Shown here piece after piece: positions 10,771 through 22,400 of a DNA stretch of 64,000 nucleotides. The notes under the pieces were generated by a model that was not told the origin of the DNA, ran no database searches, and worked only from the letters and a program-made list of their open reading frames with translations. The first letter of the stretch is position 1. Every line of letters begins with the position of its first letter. The position numbers and the translations under genes are program-made. Source of the DNA: Emiliania huxleyi CCMP1516 (Eukaryota); assembly GCF_000372725.1 (NCBI RefSeq), contig NW_005201113.1, forward strand, positions 1 through 64,000, in the 5' to 3' direction.

Positions 10771-13326
10771 TCACAGCCTTTTGCCAATCACCTCCTCGCC
10801 GTCGCCCACCCGCGTCGACAGGAAGGTGCCCGCAGACAGGTCGAAGGAAGCGTGGTGCGCGGCGCCTGTTCACGTGCAGCGACTTCACAGCTGGATGCGA
10901 GGCATGGCTGTGGTGCCGCGCCGAGCAGATGGTGTCTACGAAGCGTCTAGGAAGTGTCATGAAGAGGCCAGGAAGTGTCGTGGCTGTGTCCGGGGACGTC
11001 GATGAGAGTGTCGACGACGTGTGTCTAGGAAGCGGCGCCCGAAAAGTCGATGTACAGGCACTCCCCCGGAGGGGCGCATGCCGGCAGCCCCTTTGGCCGC
11101 AGCGCGATCCCCCACTTGCCGACACCCCACGGCGTCTTGAGCGCGCCTGCTCGCAGGTCGCGGTGTGAAGGGCCGCTGTCCACAGGCACTGGCGGGTGCA
11201 CCGCGGCGCCGTGGGCGCGCCCGCGGGCAGGAAAGAGAGCGTCTTGATGCCGGCCCACGTCCAGTGCGAGCCAACCACCGCCGAGGCGAGCGCCGACTTT
11301 TGGATCTCGTCGGCCGTCGCGCCCTCGCGCCTCCAGCCAATGGTGCCCATCGCGTTGGTGGCGGGCCACGTGTCGCCCGCCTCGGTGATGGCCTCATTCC
11401 ACGCCGCATGCAGCCACTTTGTGGACGGGTTGGCCTGCTTGGGCGGCGGGTCGAGATTCGGCGGCGGGTAGGCGCCTCCGTAGTGCCTCTTGTCCAGCGA
11501 CCACTCGCCGATGGTGTTGAAGCCCTGGGGAGAGCCGTTGAGCCGGTACTCGATGCCGTACGTGTAGTGGAAGATTTGGTAGCCCTTCTCGAACCCGTCC
11601 TTTGTCCCCGCATACGCATTCGGCTCGATCTGCATGCCCTTGACAGAGTGTCGGATCCCCAAGCTGGCGGCGGCGATCGAGTAGCCCCACATCTCGAGCA
11701 CCCAATCTTGGATCCGGTGCGCCGGCTCGGGGCGCCCTCGCAGAATGTACGAGCAGTTGAGCCACAGAGGGGCCACCTTGCGAAGCAGCTCCTTCTCGAT
11801 GATGAGCGGCGACGGCCCGACGGCCTGCAAGCTCTTAAAGTCGCCCTGCGGCCAGCAGTACTGGATCACCGAATTGTGCCCCGACGATGCATGCATGTAC
11901 CTGTGAGAGGATAGGCGCGGAATCAACCGACAGATGCGACAAGAAGCGCCCTCGACGCACGGCGTGTACCCGAATCCGTGCGCCGCCGCCAGAGGCGGCG
12001 AGTCGGCGGTGGCGTCAGTCGCGAGGTTGGGCATCGGCTTTGTGAGGACGTGGTCCGTCTCGGCCACGAGGACGTACCTGCCGGGAGGGGGGAAGGGGGG
12101 GGGGGGTTCGGGGCTCCGGTGCAATCAAAGGTAACGGAGGATTAGGCATTGTTGTCATTAGGAGAGATTGTGATGCAATCTGTCGTTGTGGCGCACTTCT
12201 CCTTGACGCGGTCTGCGAGGCCGCGCCGGAAGAACTCGACCACCGAGTGGGGCCGATTCAGGACCCCAAAGTGGCCGTACTTGGCCAGCACCTCGGGAGC
12301 GAGGGAGACAGTGAGGGCGTGAGGGAGACGGAGACGGACGCGGAGAGGGAGCGAGGGCGAAGGCGAGGGTGAGGGTGAGGGTCAGTCACTGTCACTGTAT
12401 CAGCGGGGCGCGCCTCGGGCGTGAGCGATGGCACGAACACGGAAGGGATATACGGCGCCGCCGCATCGGGCAGCCCTCCCTCGGACGCGCAGACGCGCCT
12501 AAAAAGAAATCTAACGCGCGGCTCAGGGCAGGCTCCATCCGGCGGTCCTCCTCAGAGGCGCGGGCGCGCGTGAAGCCGGTCATCTCGGTGCACTCTCCGT
12601 CCGCCGCCTAGACGAGAGGCACGCTGAGAATAGAGAACAGAAAGAGCTGGGCACAAGTGCACGGCCCATCAGTCGCCCGCTGCTTCCGCCAGTGATAGTA
12701 CATGATCCGGCTCTGCCAGCCGTTGTAGGTGGTCCCTACAACAGGGAGGGCCCGAGAAGCTTCGGAGGGGCAGGACGGTTCCGAGAAGAGTCAGCCGCTC
12801 ACGTGATGTGGAAACCGCAAGTGCTATGAATCTAGGGGTTCGTGTTCTGGATCTAGGCGCAGCTACCCTGGCCGGTCAGTAGCGTGTGGAAGGGTCGGCG
12901 GGTCTTGGGGCACGCGGGGTTGTCGAGCGAGATCTCGCGGTGCAGCCTGCCGCCCGCACCGCCGCCGCCGCCGCTTCCGCCACCGCTGCTGCCACCGCCA
13001 CCGCCACCGCCGCCGCCACCGCCGCCGCCACCGCCGCCGCCACCGCCGCCGCTGCTGCTGCCGCCGCTGCCGCCGCCGCCGGACGCGGCTGCGGTCGATG
13101 CCGCGCCGGAGGAAGCGGGCTGTGCGGTCGCCGCCTCGGTAGCCGCAGGCGCGGCGGCGGCCGGCACGGCTGCCGTGTCTGCCCTCGCGACTCGGGGTGC
13201 TGCAAGCGAGGTGTCGCCAGGCGACGCTCGCTGCTCAACGCCGAAGAGCGAGCCGCATAGGTTCCACCAGGCAACAAGGGCGAGAAGGTAGACGAGCAAG
13301 CCGAGCAGGCGGTACGACGCACCCAT
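10771..13326 (-). CDS. Hydroxyproline O-arabinosyltransferase (HPAT/GT95)-like type II membrane glycosyltransferase with an extra C-terminal domain (multi-exon)
   Basis: N-terminal TM (LLGLLVYLLALVAWW), Gly stem, PFHTLLT..YNGWQSRIMYYHW, MTGFTR, VLNRP, YVLVAETDH...PMPNLA, GPSP, WVLEMWGYSIAAA, FHYTYG, GEWSLDKRHY; stop TGA 10771-10773. Confidence 0.85.
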
Positions 13327-13699
13327 CAACGGTGGGGCGGCAGCGGCGGCCACGACCGGCAGCGGCGGCGCCAGCCCCAGCAGAGAACTTGAAAGAAGAA
13401 TTTTACGCTGCTGGCACAACACTGGGCGGGATATGCTCGCAGTGGGAGTCAGAAATGTGGTCCTTGCGCGAGGAATGCTCGATAAACTCGAGGGACCAAA
13501 ATACGCGGAGAGGAGAGCGGAGTTACGCAGAAAGGCGAGAGAAGCAGCGAGAGCAAGAGATCGGCAGACGACAGCGGCGTCTCAGAACGAGGCCGAGGAG
13601 AGCGATGAGTCAGGGGAAGAGACAGCAGGAGAGAGAACGACGAGAGTGAGAAGAATGCGAGGTGGCATGAAGGTCGCTGCAAGAATTGGTGATAAACTG

Positions 13700-14108
13700 C
13701 GGAGAGAGATAGGAAGTGGTAGACGCCCGAGGGTGGGCGACGGCTAACACCACACTTCTCCCCTAAAATCCCTGTGTGGTGGCGGCGTACCGTCCTCCCA
13801 TCCCTCCCTTGGGTTGCCTGTTTTCTTTCTTTCTTTGGGCCCAGGTTGCAGCGAGAAGCGGCGAGAGACTGCGAAAAGAGATAGGAAGAGGCAGACTCCC
13901 TAGGGTGGGCGACGGCTAGCGCATCACACCCCTCTCCTTAAAATCCCTGTGTGGTGGCGGCGTGCCGTCCTCCCATCCCTCCCTTGGGTTGTCTGTTTTC
14001 TTTCTTTCTTTCTTTCTGGGCCCAGTCCGAGCCTGACTGTTCTTCACCTTCCTACATACATACATACATCCCTCCCTTGGGTTGTCTGTTTTCTTTCTTT
14101 CTTTGGGC
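13700..14108 (+). repeat. Tandem ~150-bp units ending in (TTTC)n, with a short (TACA)n-tailed insert
   Basis: gggtgggcgacggcta...aaatccctgtgtggtggcggcgt...catccctcccttgggttg..ttttctttctttctt occurs twice, plus a third partial copy. Confidence 0.8.
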
Positions 14109-14174
14109 ACGGGACGGTCTGTGAAAGAAGAATTCTAAACTCAAAAAGAATTCAACCAACTTTGGAACGGCTGC

Positions 14175-14657
14175 AGGGTCGTGGAGCCGCCCCGGCGGCT
14201 CCACACCAGGCGCTTTGGCCGCGAGGGTCGCCACCGTGTGTATCGCGCGCCTTGCGGGGGGGGGCGCGGAAAAGAGGAACCTCTTAGCGCCCTCGCCACC
14301 GTACCCGCCACCCCTGCCGCCGCCTCCACCCCCGCCGCCGGCGGGGCTGCCACCGTATGGACACGCTCGGAATAACCTGGGGGATCCGGAGCCGCCCCGC
14401 CGGAGGCTGGAGTACCCGGGAGGAGGAGCTGGGGGAGGGGAGTTACCGCAATACGATAAATAACGGGCCCGCCGGCGAGCCGGAAGGCCGAGGCCGGAGG
14501 GCCCCAGGCCCCAGGGGGGGCTTGGGGTCAACTGTCGGAGGAGGCGAGAGATGAGCTGACGCGACCTCTGCGAGTGGAGTCGGGACGTACGAGCTCACCG
14601 GGGGTGGACCCGTCGCGGCGGCAGCTGGACCACTGTGATCTACGACGAGGAGGGCCA
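14175..14657. repeat. Repeat of at least 480 bp with a terminal hairpin; inverted near-identical copy at 19990-20472
   Basis: Reverse-complement match; the ORF track gives identical peptides on opposite strands. Outer end is GTGGAGCCGCC-CC-GGCGGCTCCAC. Confidence 0.9.
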
Positions 14658-15276
14658 CGCCTCCCCGAGCCTGAAGAGGAGCCGGCGGAGGGGAGGGGCG
14701 AGCCGAGGACGATAGAGAGACCGCGGGTGCGGGCGCGACCCGTCGACCAGGGAGAGTGGGCCCGTCCTCCCTGGGAGGGGAGGCGACACGATCCAATGCC
14801 GCCGTCCTCGCCCGGGAACCCCGGCCGGGCCGTCGACGCTCTCGGAGGCTGCGGTACCAGTCGAAGGCGAAGCGGAGTCGAGGCCACACAGCCGAGGAAG
14901 AGGCATCAGAAACGACTGCAGAGGCAGTCTGGTAACGCCCGGAAGGCGAGCAAGGGAACAGGACGAGCCGAGGGCTCGCCCCGACGGGCGAAGGAAGGGA
15001 CTCTGGGACCGGAGCCGGGCGGGCGCACATGAGGCGTATCCGTGTACGTACGTGGAGGCGTATCCGTGTACGTACGTGCGCCTGCGACAAGACGAGACGA
15101 GAAGCGAACGTCGAGGTTTTTGCTGCCGCGGCCGCGCCGCGACCTCCCGTTTGTTTTGGCGCCGATGCAGCGCCGTCTCTCGCCGCGCGAGATGGCGCCG
15201 CCGCGGCGTCGGCGCCGCGATCAACCGCGCTCCAGCAGCGAGCGGTGCAGAGCGGCTACCGACATGACAGTTGGCA

Positions 15277-15465
15277 GGTAGGTAGGTAGAAAGGTGAAGA
15301 ACAGCCAGGCTCGGACTGGACACCAACGCGGTATGGGTGGACGCCGGACAGATGATGACGACACGCACGAGCGACACACAGACACAAACAAGCTCACAAG
15401 ACACACAGCCAGCGGGCTGCCACACACCCTGAGTTGGCGTACACATAACTCAAGGCCACATCCTC
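15277..15465 (-). mobile_element. SINE-like element with (CTAC)n tail, copy 1
   Basis: (GTAG)n-AAGGTGAAGAACAGCCAGGCTCGGACTGG...; copy at 17388-17580; the same 3' end in the opposite orientation at 14022-14066. Confidence 0.65.
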
Positions 15466-15631
15466 CCTGTCGCCCCCCCCACCCAGCCAGCACTCCAAGG
15501 TGCCAAGAGAACAAACAAGGGCACAACAAACAACAGACGACAGGAAGTAACGTGCTAGGCTAGAGCAGACCGCTCCGCTAACAATCTCGCCGGCCGGCGA
15601 GGCACGGACGAGACCGTGTGTGGGGTCTAGT

Positions 15632-17194
15632 GAGAGAGAGAGAGAGAATTCTTGATACGAAACCACGACGACACACACCAGTCGACTCGCATCGGTTGCC
15701 TCCATGAACGGCGGAGCTATTCTCGCGCCCACACCACACCTGGCTCCAACGTGGACACGCCCATAGCTGGGGACACTACTAGGTCACGCATGGCATCACA
15801 GAAGTTTTATCTCTGGGCCCCGAAAGGCATCTCTAGCAGTGTCGTTACACATGCCCCCTCCCCTCCTGGGCGCATGCGCCTCACGTCTCGCCAGAGCATA
15901 AGCCCTTGGCGTGTGGCGAGACGAGTTTTTCGCCATCGCAGCGAGCAGCAACCCGCCCGCCGCAAACAGCCGGAGGCCTCGCCGCGGCACTGGCTGCGCC
16001 GCGGTCCCGCACCCGTCGACGCAGCTCCCCCCGCGGAAGACCGCGCGTAGCAACGTCTTGACGATCGAGATGAGCGTGCCTGAAGCTCGCCCACCTACTG
16101 CCCCTGAGAGTTGGTTATTGAGTGGGATCAGCTCCCCCCCTTGGGATCGAAGCCGCCACAACCTCACACCCAACATCACAGGCGGGATCAGAAGGGGACT
16201 CCACACCGGACACCGCCCGGGCACAGCCCCCCTACCCGTCGGATCGCACAGAGGGCCCCCTCGGAGCAGCCCACACACAATCACGCATCGGCAGATTGAG
16301 TGCCTGAGTCAGGCAGACAGCACAGACAAGAGGAGAGAGAGGAGAGAGAGAGAGAGAGAGAGGAGAGAGGAGAGGGTGAGGGTGTGAACACACGTGAGGA
16401 GTGGGGGAGGGTGTCTGTGGTGGGTTGTAGTCATACTACGTGGTTAGAACCACGCGCTCCTCAGGAGCTCAAGGTAGAGCTGAGCGTCCAAGACGCCTCG
16501 GTGCCTCCCACCGGCGTGAGACCATCCGGATCTACCCAGTGCGTCCTCCGGACGGGCTGGTCCCCGCGATGGCCCACGGTCCGCCGTCGCCTGGTTGAAC
16601 CCCCTGCCTCCCGGTTGACCCCCCGGTCCCCGTACACGACCATGAAATAAACTCAAAGTCCACCACAGCCACCAGCCTCCACCTCCACCCGCGAGCCGCC
16701 ACCGCTGCCGCCCGCGACGCCGCCCGCCGCGTCAGATAGCCGCGACGCGCGCATCGAGTCGCGTCGGAGAGCCGCACCGCACCAGCAGCAGCATCTGCAC
16801 CACCACCACCACCAGCAGCACCACCACCACCACCAAAGAGAGAAGCGCACCTGCCCGACGCCGCCCGCCTCGTCAGATGCTTGCGACGCGCGCGTCGAGC
16901 CCAGTCGCACAGCCGCGCCGCGCCAGCAGCAGCATCGGCACCAGCAGCAGCACCACCACCACCACCAGCATCAACATAGACAGGCAGTGCAGGCGCAGAG
17001 GCGCTCGCAGAGCGGCGCTCAGCGCCGCGCACGCCACGCCGCGGACCGTCGGACGAGCGCACCGTACGTCGGCGGCGAGCCGCGTCGCCAGCCGTCGCGC
17101 GAGAGAGCGGCGCCGCCGCGTGCGCGCAGCAGCCGCCGCGGCAGAGGCGAGCCGCGGCGACGTCCGCACTAACGGATAACGGTCATTGGCGGTT

Positions 17195-17227
<33 letters not shown>
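15632..17227. mobile_element. 1.6-kb non-autonomous element with (GA)n/(TC)n termini, copy 1
   Basis: Flanked by GGGGTCTAGT at 15622-15631 and 17228-17237; near-identical to 17591-19176. Confidence 0.85.
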
Positions 17228-17229
<2 letters not shown>

Positions 17230-17387
17230 GGTCTAGTGAGGTGTCTATGGACGCCCTCCTCGCAGGCTAGCGGCCTACTACTAGCCCTAACTCGCACTCA
17301 TGGGAGATGTCAGTTCATTGTATGAGTGTATGCAAGCAGAGGCGCGTGTGCTGATTCTAGATCGCACGCCGTGGCCTCGAGAAGACA

Positions 17388-17580
17388 GTAGGTAGGTAGG
17401 TAGGAAGGTGAAGAACAGCCAGGCTCGGACTGGACACCAACGCGGTATGGGTGGACGCTAGACAGATGATGACGACACGCACGAGCGACACACAGACACA
17501 AACAAGCTCACAAGACACACAGCCAGCTGGCTGCCACACACCCTGAGTTGGCGTACACATAACTCAGGGCCACATTCCTC
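17388..17580 (-). mobile_element. SINE-like element with (CTAC)n tail, copy 2
   Basis: Near-identical to 15277-15465. Confidence 0.65.
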
Positions 17581-17590
17581 CTAGAAGACA

Positions 17591-19176
17591 GAGAGAGAGA
17601 GAGAATTCTTGATACGAAACCACGACGACACACACCAGTCGACTCGCATCGGTTGCCTCCATGAACGGCGGAGCTATTCTCGCGCCCACACCACACCTGG
17701 CTCCAACGTGGACACGCCCATAGCTGGGGACACTACTAGGTCACGCATGGCATCACAGAAGTTTTATCTCTGGGCCCCGAAAGGCATCTCTAGCAGTGTC
17801 GTTACACATGCCCCCTCCCCTCCTGGGCGCATGCGCCTCACGTCTCGCCAGAGCATAAGCCCTTGGCGTGTGGCGAGACGAGTTTTTCGCCATCGCAGCG
17901 AGCAGCAAGCCGCCCGCCGCAAACAGCCGGAGGCCTCGCCGCGGCACTGGCTGCGCCGCGGTCCCGCACCCGTCGACGCAGCTCCCCCCGCGGAAGACCG
18001 CGCGTAGCAACGTCTTGACGATCGAGATGAGCGTGCCTGAAGCTCGCCCACCTACTGCCCCTGAGAGTTGGTTATTGAGTGGGATCAGCTCCCCCCCTTG
18101 GGATCGAAGCCGCCACAACCTCACACCCAACATCCCAGGCGGGATCAGAAGGGGACTCCACACCGGACACCGCCCGGGCACAGCCCCCCTACCCGTCGGA
18201 TCGCACAGAGGGCCCCCTCGGAGCAGCCCACACACAATCACGCATCGGCAGATTGAGTGCCTGAGTCAGGCAGACAGCACAGACAAGAGGAGAGAGAGGA
18301 GAGAGAGAGAGAGAGAGAGGAGAGAGGAGAGGGTGAGGGTGTGAACACACGTGAGGAGTGGGGGAGGGTGTCTGTGGTGGGCTGTAGTCCTACTACGTGG
18401 TTACAACCACGCGCCCCTCAGGAGCTTAAGGTAGAGCTGAGCGTCCAAGACGCCTCGGTGCCTCCCACCGGCGTGAAGACCATCCGGATCTATCTGCCGC
18501 GTCCTCCGTACGCAGCAGTCCCCGCGATGGCCCACGGTCCTCCGTCGCCTGGTTGAACCCCCTGCCTCCCGGTTGACCCCCCGGTCCCCGTACACGACCA
18601 TGAAATAAACTCAAAGTCCACCACAGCCTCCAGCCTCCACCTCCACCCGCGAGCCGCCACCGCTGCCGCCCGCGACGCCGCCCGCCGCGTCAAATAGCCG
18701 CGACGCGCGCATCGAGTCGCGTCGGAGAGCCGCGCCGCACCAGCAGCAGCATCTGCACCACCAGCAGCAGCAGCAGCACCACCACCACCACCCGAGAGAG
18801 AAGCGCACCTGCCCGACGCCGCCCGCCGCGTCAGACGCTCGCGACGCGCGCGTCGAGCCCAGTCTCACAGCCGCGCCGCGCCAGCAGCAGCATCGGCACC
18901 AGCAGCAGCAGCACCACCACCACCAGCAGCAACACAGACAGGCAGTGCAGGCGCAGAGGCGCTCGCAGAGCGGCGCTCAGCGCCGCGCACGCCACGCTGC
19001 GGACCGTCGGACGAGCGCACCGTACGTCGGCGGCGAGCCGCGTCGCCAGCCGTCTCGCGAGAGAGCGGCGCCGCCGCGTGCGCGCAGCAGCCGCCGCGGC
19101 AGAGGCGAGCCGCGGCGACGTCCGCACTAACGGATAACGGCCATTGGCGGTTTTCTCTCTCTCTCTCTCTCTCTCT
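17591..19176. mobile_element. 1.6-kb non-autonomous element with (GA)n/(TC)n termini, copy 2
   Basis: Flanked by a different 10-bp duplication, CTAGAAGACA, at 17581-17590 and 19177-19186. Confidence 0.85.
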
Positions 19177-19401
19177 CTAGAAGACACCCCGCCGAGAAAA
19201 GAGAACCCACGAATTCGCCGACTCGACGGCCCCCTCAGGCTGCGACAGGTCGTCCAAGTGATCTCATCCAATTGCACCGCCCCTCCTCCCCTTGTGCTAA
19301 TGTAACACCTCGAAAGTGCCAGCTCCCTCTCACGCCCTCTGCTCGCGGCCTCGCAGGCAGCCGTCTGCGTCTCTGCGTTGTGCAACCCCGCCCGGCCTCT
19401 C

Positions 19402-22400
19402 ATGATGCGCCAGACGCCGCAGCCGACCGATCCCGGCTCCTCGGAGCCGGTCAGCGAGACCGAGTCGGGCTGCGAGTCGGCCGACCCGATCGCGCCAGAG
19501 ACCGTTCGGATGCTGCGCCTCGAACTCGAGGGCGAGCGGCGGCAAAACAAGCAGTGGCAGGCCAAGCTCAAGCGAGCGGCCAAGCTCAACGAGCAGCTGG
19601 TGAGGACCGCCGCCTGGCCCCGCGCCGCCGCCGCCGCCGCCTCCGCGTCGGCCTGCGCGTCCGCGTCCGCCGCCTCGTCCCTCGCCGCCACCACCTCTGC
19701 TGCGTCCGGAGTTCCACCGGAAGAGGCGCTTACGTAACTAACCACAATGACGGGGCTGGAATTAGCACATCCACCCTAAGACATGCTTACACACAACCGA
19801 ACAGAACCCGAGCCAGAACTATCTCAGTGACTACCACATGTGCTATGCCACCATGCACGATAACACACAATAAAATCTGATGGGCACTCNNNNNNNNNNN
19901 NNNNNNNNNNNNNNNNNNNNNNNNNNNNNNNNNNNNNNNNNNNNNNNNNNNNNNNNNNNNNNNNNNNNNNNNNNNNNNNNNNNNNNNNNTGGCCCTCCTC
20001 GTCGTAGATCACAGTGGTCCAGCTGCCGCCGCGACGGGTCCACCCCCGGTGAGCTCGTACGTCCCGACTCCACTCGCAGAGGTCGCGTCAGCTCATCTCT
20101 CGCCTCCTCCGACAGTTGACCCCAAGCCCCCCCTGGGGCCTGGGGCCCTCCGGCCTCGGCCTTCCGGCTCGCCGGCGGGCCCGTTATTTATCGTATTGCG
20201 GTAACTCCCCTCCCCCAGCTCCTCCTCCCGGGTACTCCAGCCTCCGGCGGGGCGGCTCCGGATCCCCCAGGTTATTCCGAGCGTGTCCATACGGTGGCAG
20301 CCCCGCCGGCGGCGGGGGTGGAGGCGGCGGCAGGGGTGGCGGGTACGGTGGCGAGGGCGCTAAGAGGTTCCTCTTTTCCGCGCCCCCCCCCGCAAGGCGC
20401 GCGATACACACGGTGGCGACCCTCGCGGCCAAAGCGCCTGGTGTGGAGCCGCCGGGGCGGCTCCACGTCCCTTCTGAGGGAGGGAGAGGGAGAGAGAGAG
20501 GGAGGAGGACGACACACCGCCATCCATCCGTTGACTGAGTCACGCCTCCGTCGCTACTGGGCCAGGTCGAGATGGAGGAGGAGAACATCACAAACAAGCT
20601 CTACAAGAAGCTGGAGCAGGTGCCGCGCCAGCCCGAGATTGCCCGAGATTGCGCGCGAGATGACGTGAGATGGCACGAGATGGCGCGAGATGACGCGAGA
20701 TGGCGCGAGATGACGCGAGATGATGGCGCGGAGATGACGCGAGATGATGGCGCGAGATGATGGCGCGAGATGACGCGAGATGACCCCCCCCCCCCCCCCA
20801 CCCCCCGCAGGTCAAGCAGGAGAAGGTGTCGCTCGAGAATCTGCTCGAGCAGGCGCGCAAGAGCACCCCGCCCGTCACTCGGCCGCTAGCGCCTCGCTAG
20901 CTAGCTGGTTAGTGGAGGAGCGCCCGAGGAGCTAGCTGATTAGTGGAGGAGCTCGTTAGCTAGCCATTAGTGGAGGAGCTAGCTGATTAGTGGCTCGAGC
21001 ACGGCCTGTGTCCTTCGACGCCGGGGGGCNNNNNNNNNNNNNNNNNNNNNNNNNNNNNNNNNNNNNNNNNNNNNNNNNNNNNNNNNNNNNNNNNNNNNNN
21101 NNNNNNNNNNNNNNNNNNNNNNNNNNNNNTGGGATCCCCGCCTCCTAAAAGTGGGCTCTAAGCTGGGGCACAGGTCCTTGGAAGGAAGCTTATGGTGAGC
21201 TCCAGCTAGGGAGCTTCTTCGTTCCTAACTATATCCACAGGGAATGCGATGACGCCTCCATTCACACACCTCTATTCACACACCTCTATTCACACCCGTA
21301 AGGCGCAGGAGCGGTACCGGACCGAGTGCGAGGCCCGCAGCAAGTGTCGTCAGAAGAGAGAGGGGGGGTTCACGCTGGTAGGGTTGATGACTGCCTCTCA
21401 CACAGCAGGCGCAGCGAGATTCCCCGAGATCCCCCGAGATCCCCCGAGATTCCCCGAGATCACCCGAGAGTACCCGAGAGGAGCCGAGAATACCCGAGAT
21501 TCCCCGAGAGTACCCGAGAGTACCCGAGAGTCCCCGAGACTGATGGCTGCCTCTCTCACTGCAGGCGCAGCGGGCGTCGTCGGAGAAGCTCGAGCGCGAG
21601 TTGGCGAGGCTGCAAGCTGACAACGCGGGCTTGCAGCACAAGGCCGAGAGATTGCACGAGAGGAGCCGAGATCACTCGAGATCACCCGAGATCACTCGAG
21701 CGTAGCCGAGAGGACCCGAGAGGAGCCGAGAGTAGCCGAGAGGAGCCGAGAGTAGCCGAGAGGAGCCGAGAGCAGCCGAGAGCAGCCGAGAGCAGCCGAG
21801 AGCAGCCGAGAGCAGCCGAGAGTAGCCGAGAGGAGCCGAGAGGAGCCGAGAGGACCCGAGAGGACCCGAGAGGACCCGAGATCACCCGAGATCACCCGAG
21901 ATCACCCGAGATCACCCGAGATCACCCGAGATCACCCGAGATCACCCGAGATCACCCGAGATCACCCGAGATCACCCGTGACTCACTGAGGAGCAGGTCG
22001 CGCGCGAGCACGAGATCACTCGAGATCACCCGAGATGACCCGAGATCACCCGTTGCTTACTTAGCAGGTCGCGCGCGAGCACGAGATCCGCATTGCGGCG
22101 CAGGTGATCTCGGGTAATCTCGGGCAATCTCGGGCAATCTCGGGTAATCTCGGGCAATCTCGGGCAATCTCGGGTAATCTCGAGCACGAGATCCGCATCG
22201 CGGCGCAGGAGGAGAAGCTGCGGCTGGAGCGCGAGATTGAGATGGACTCGGAGCGCCATTTCAACTCCTGCTCCTCGCGCTCCTCGCTCTCGCTACCCGG
22301 GTCGCCCTCCGTCGCCGCCTCCGCGCCGACGATGCCTTACCCCAACCTGCACCTGCCGCCGGGCTCGTACCACCTAGAAGCGGAAGACGTGTCCATGTCT

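Noticed and set aside
15277..19186. Simple tandem duplication or LTR pair
   Set aside because: Each 1.6-kb copy has its own distinct TSD; no TG...CA ends, PBS or gag-pol.
19245..19280. Peptide QLDEITWTT resembling the RLE element's YLDEVTWTT
   Set aside because: Too short to call a third retrotransposon remnant with confidence.
14175..20472. A single 6.3-kb TIR transposon or Polinton-like element bounded by the long inverted repeat
   Set aside because: No TSD and no transposase or polymerase. The right arm lies inside an intron of a host gene whose first exon is between the arms.
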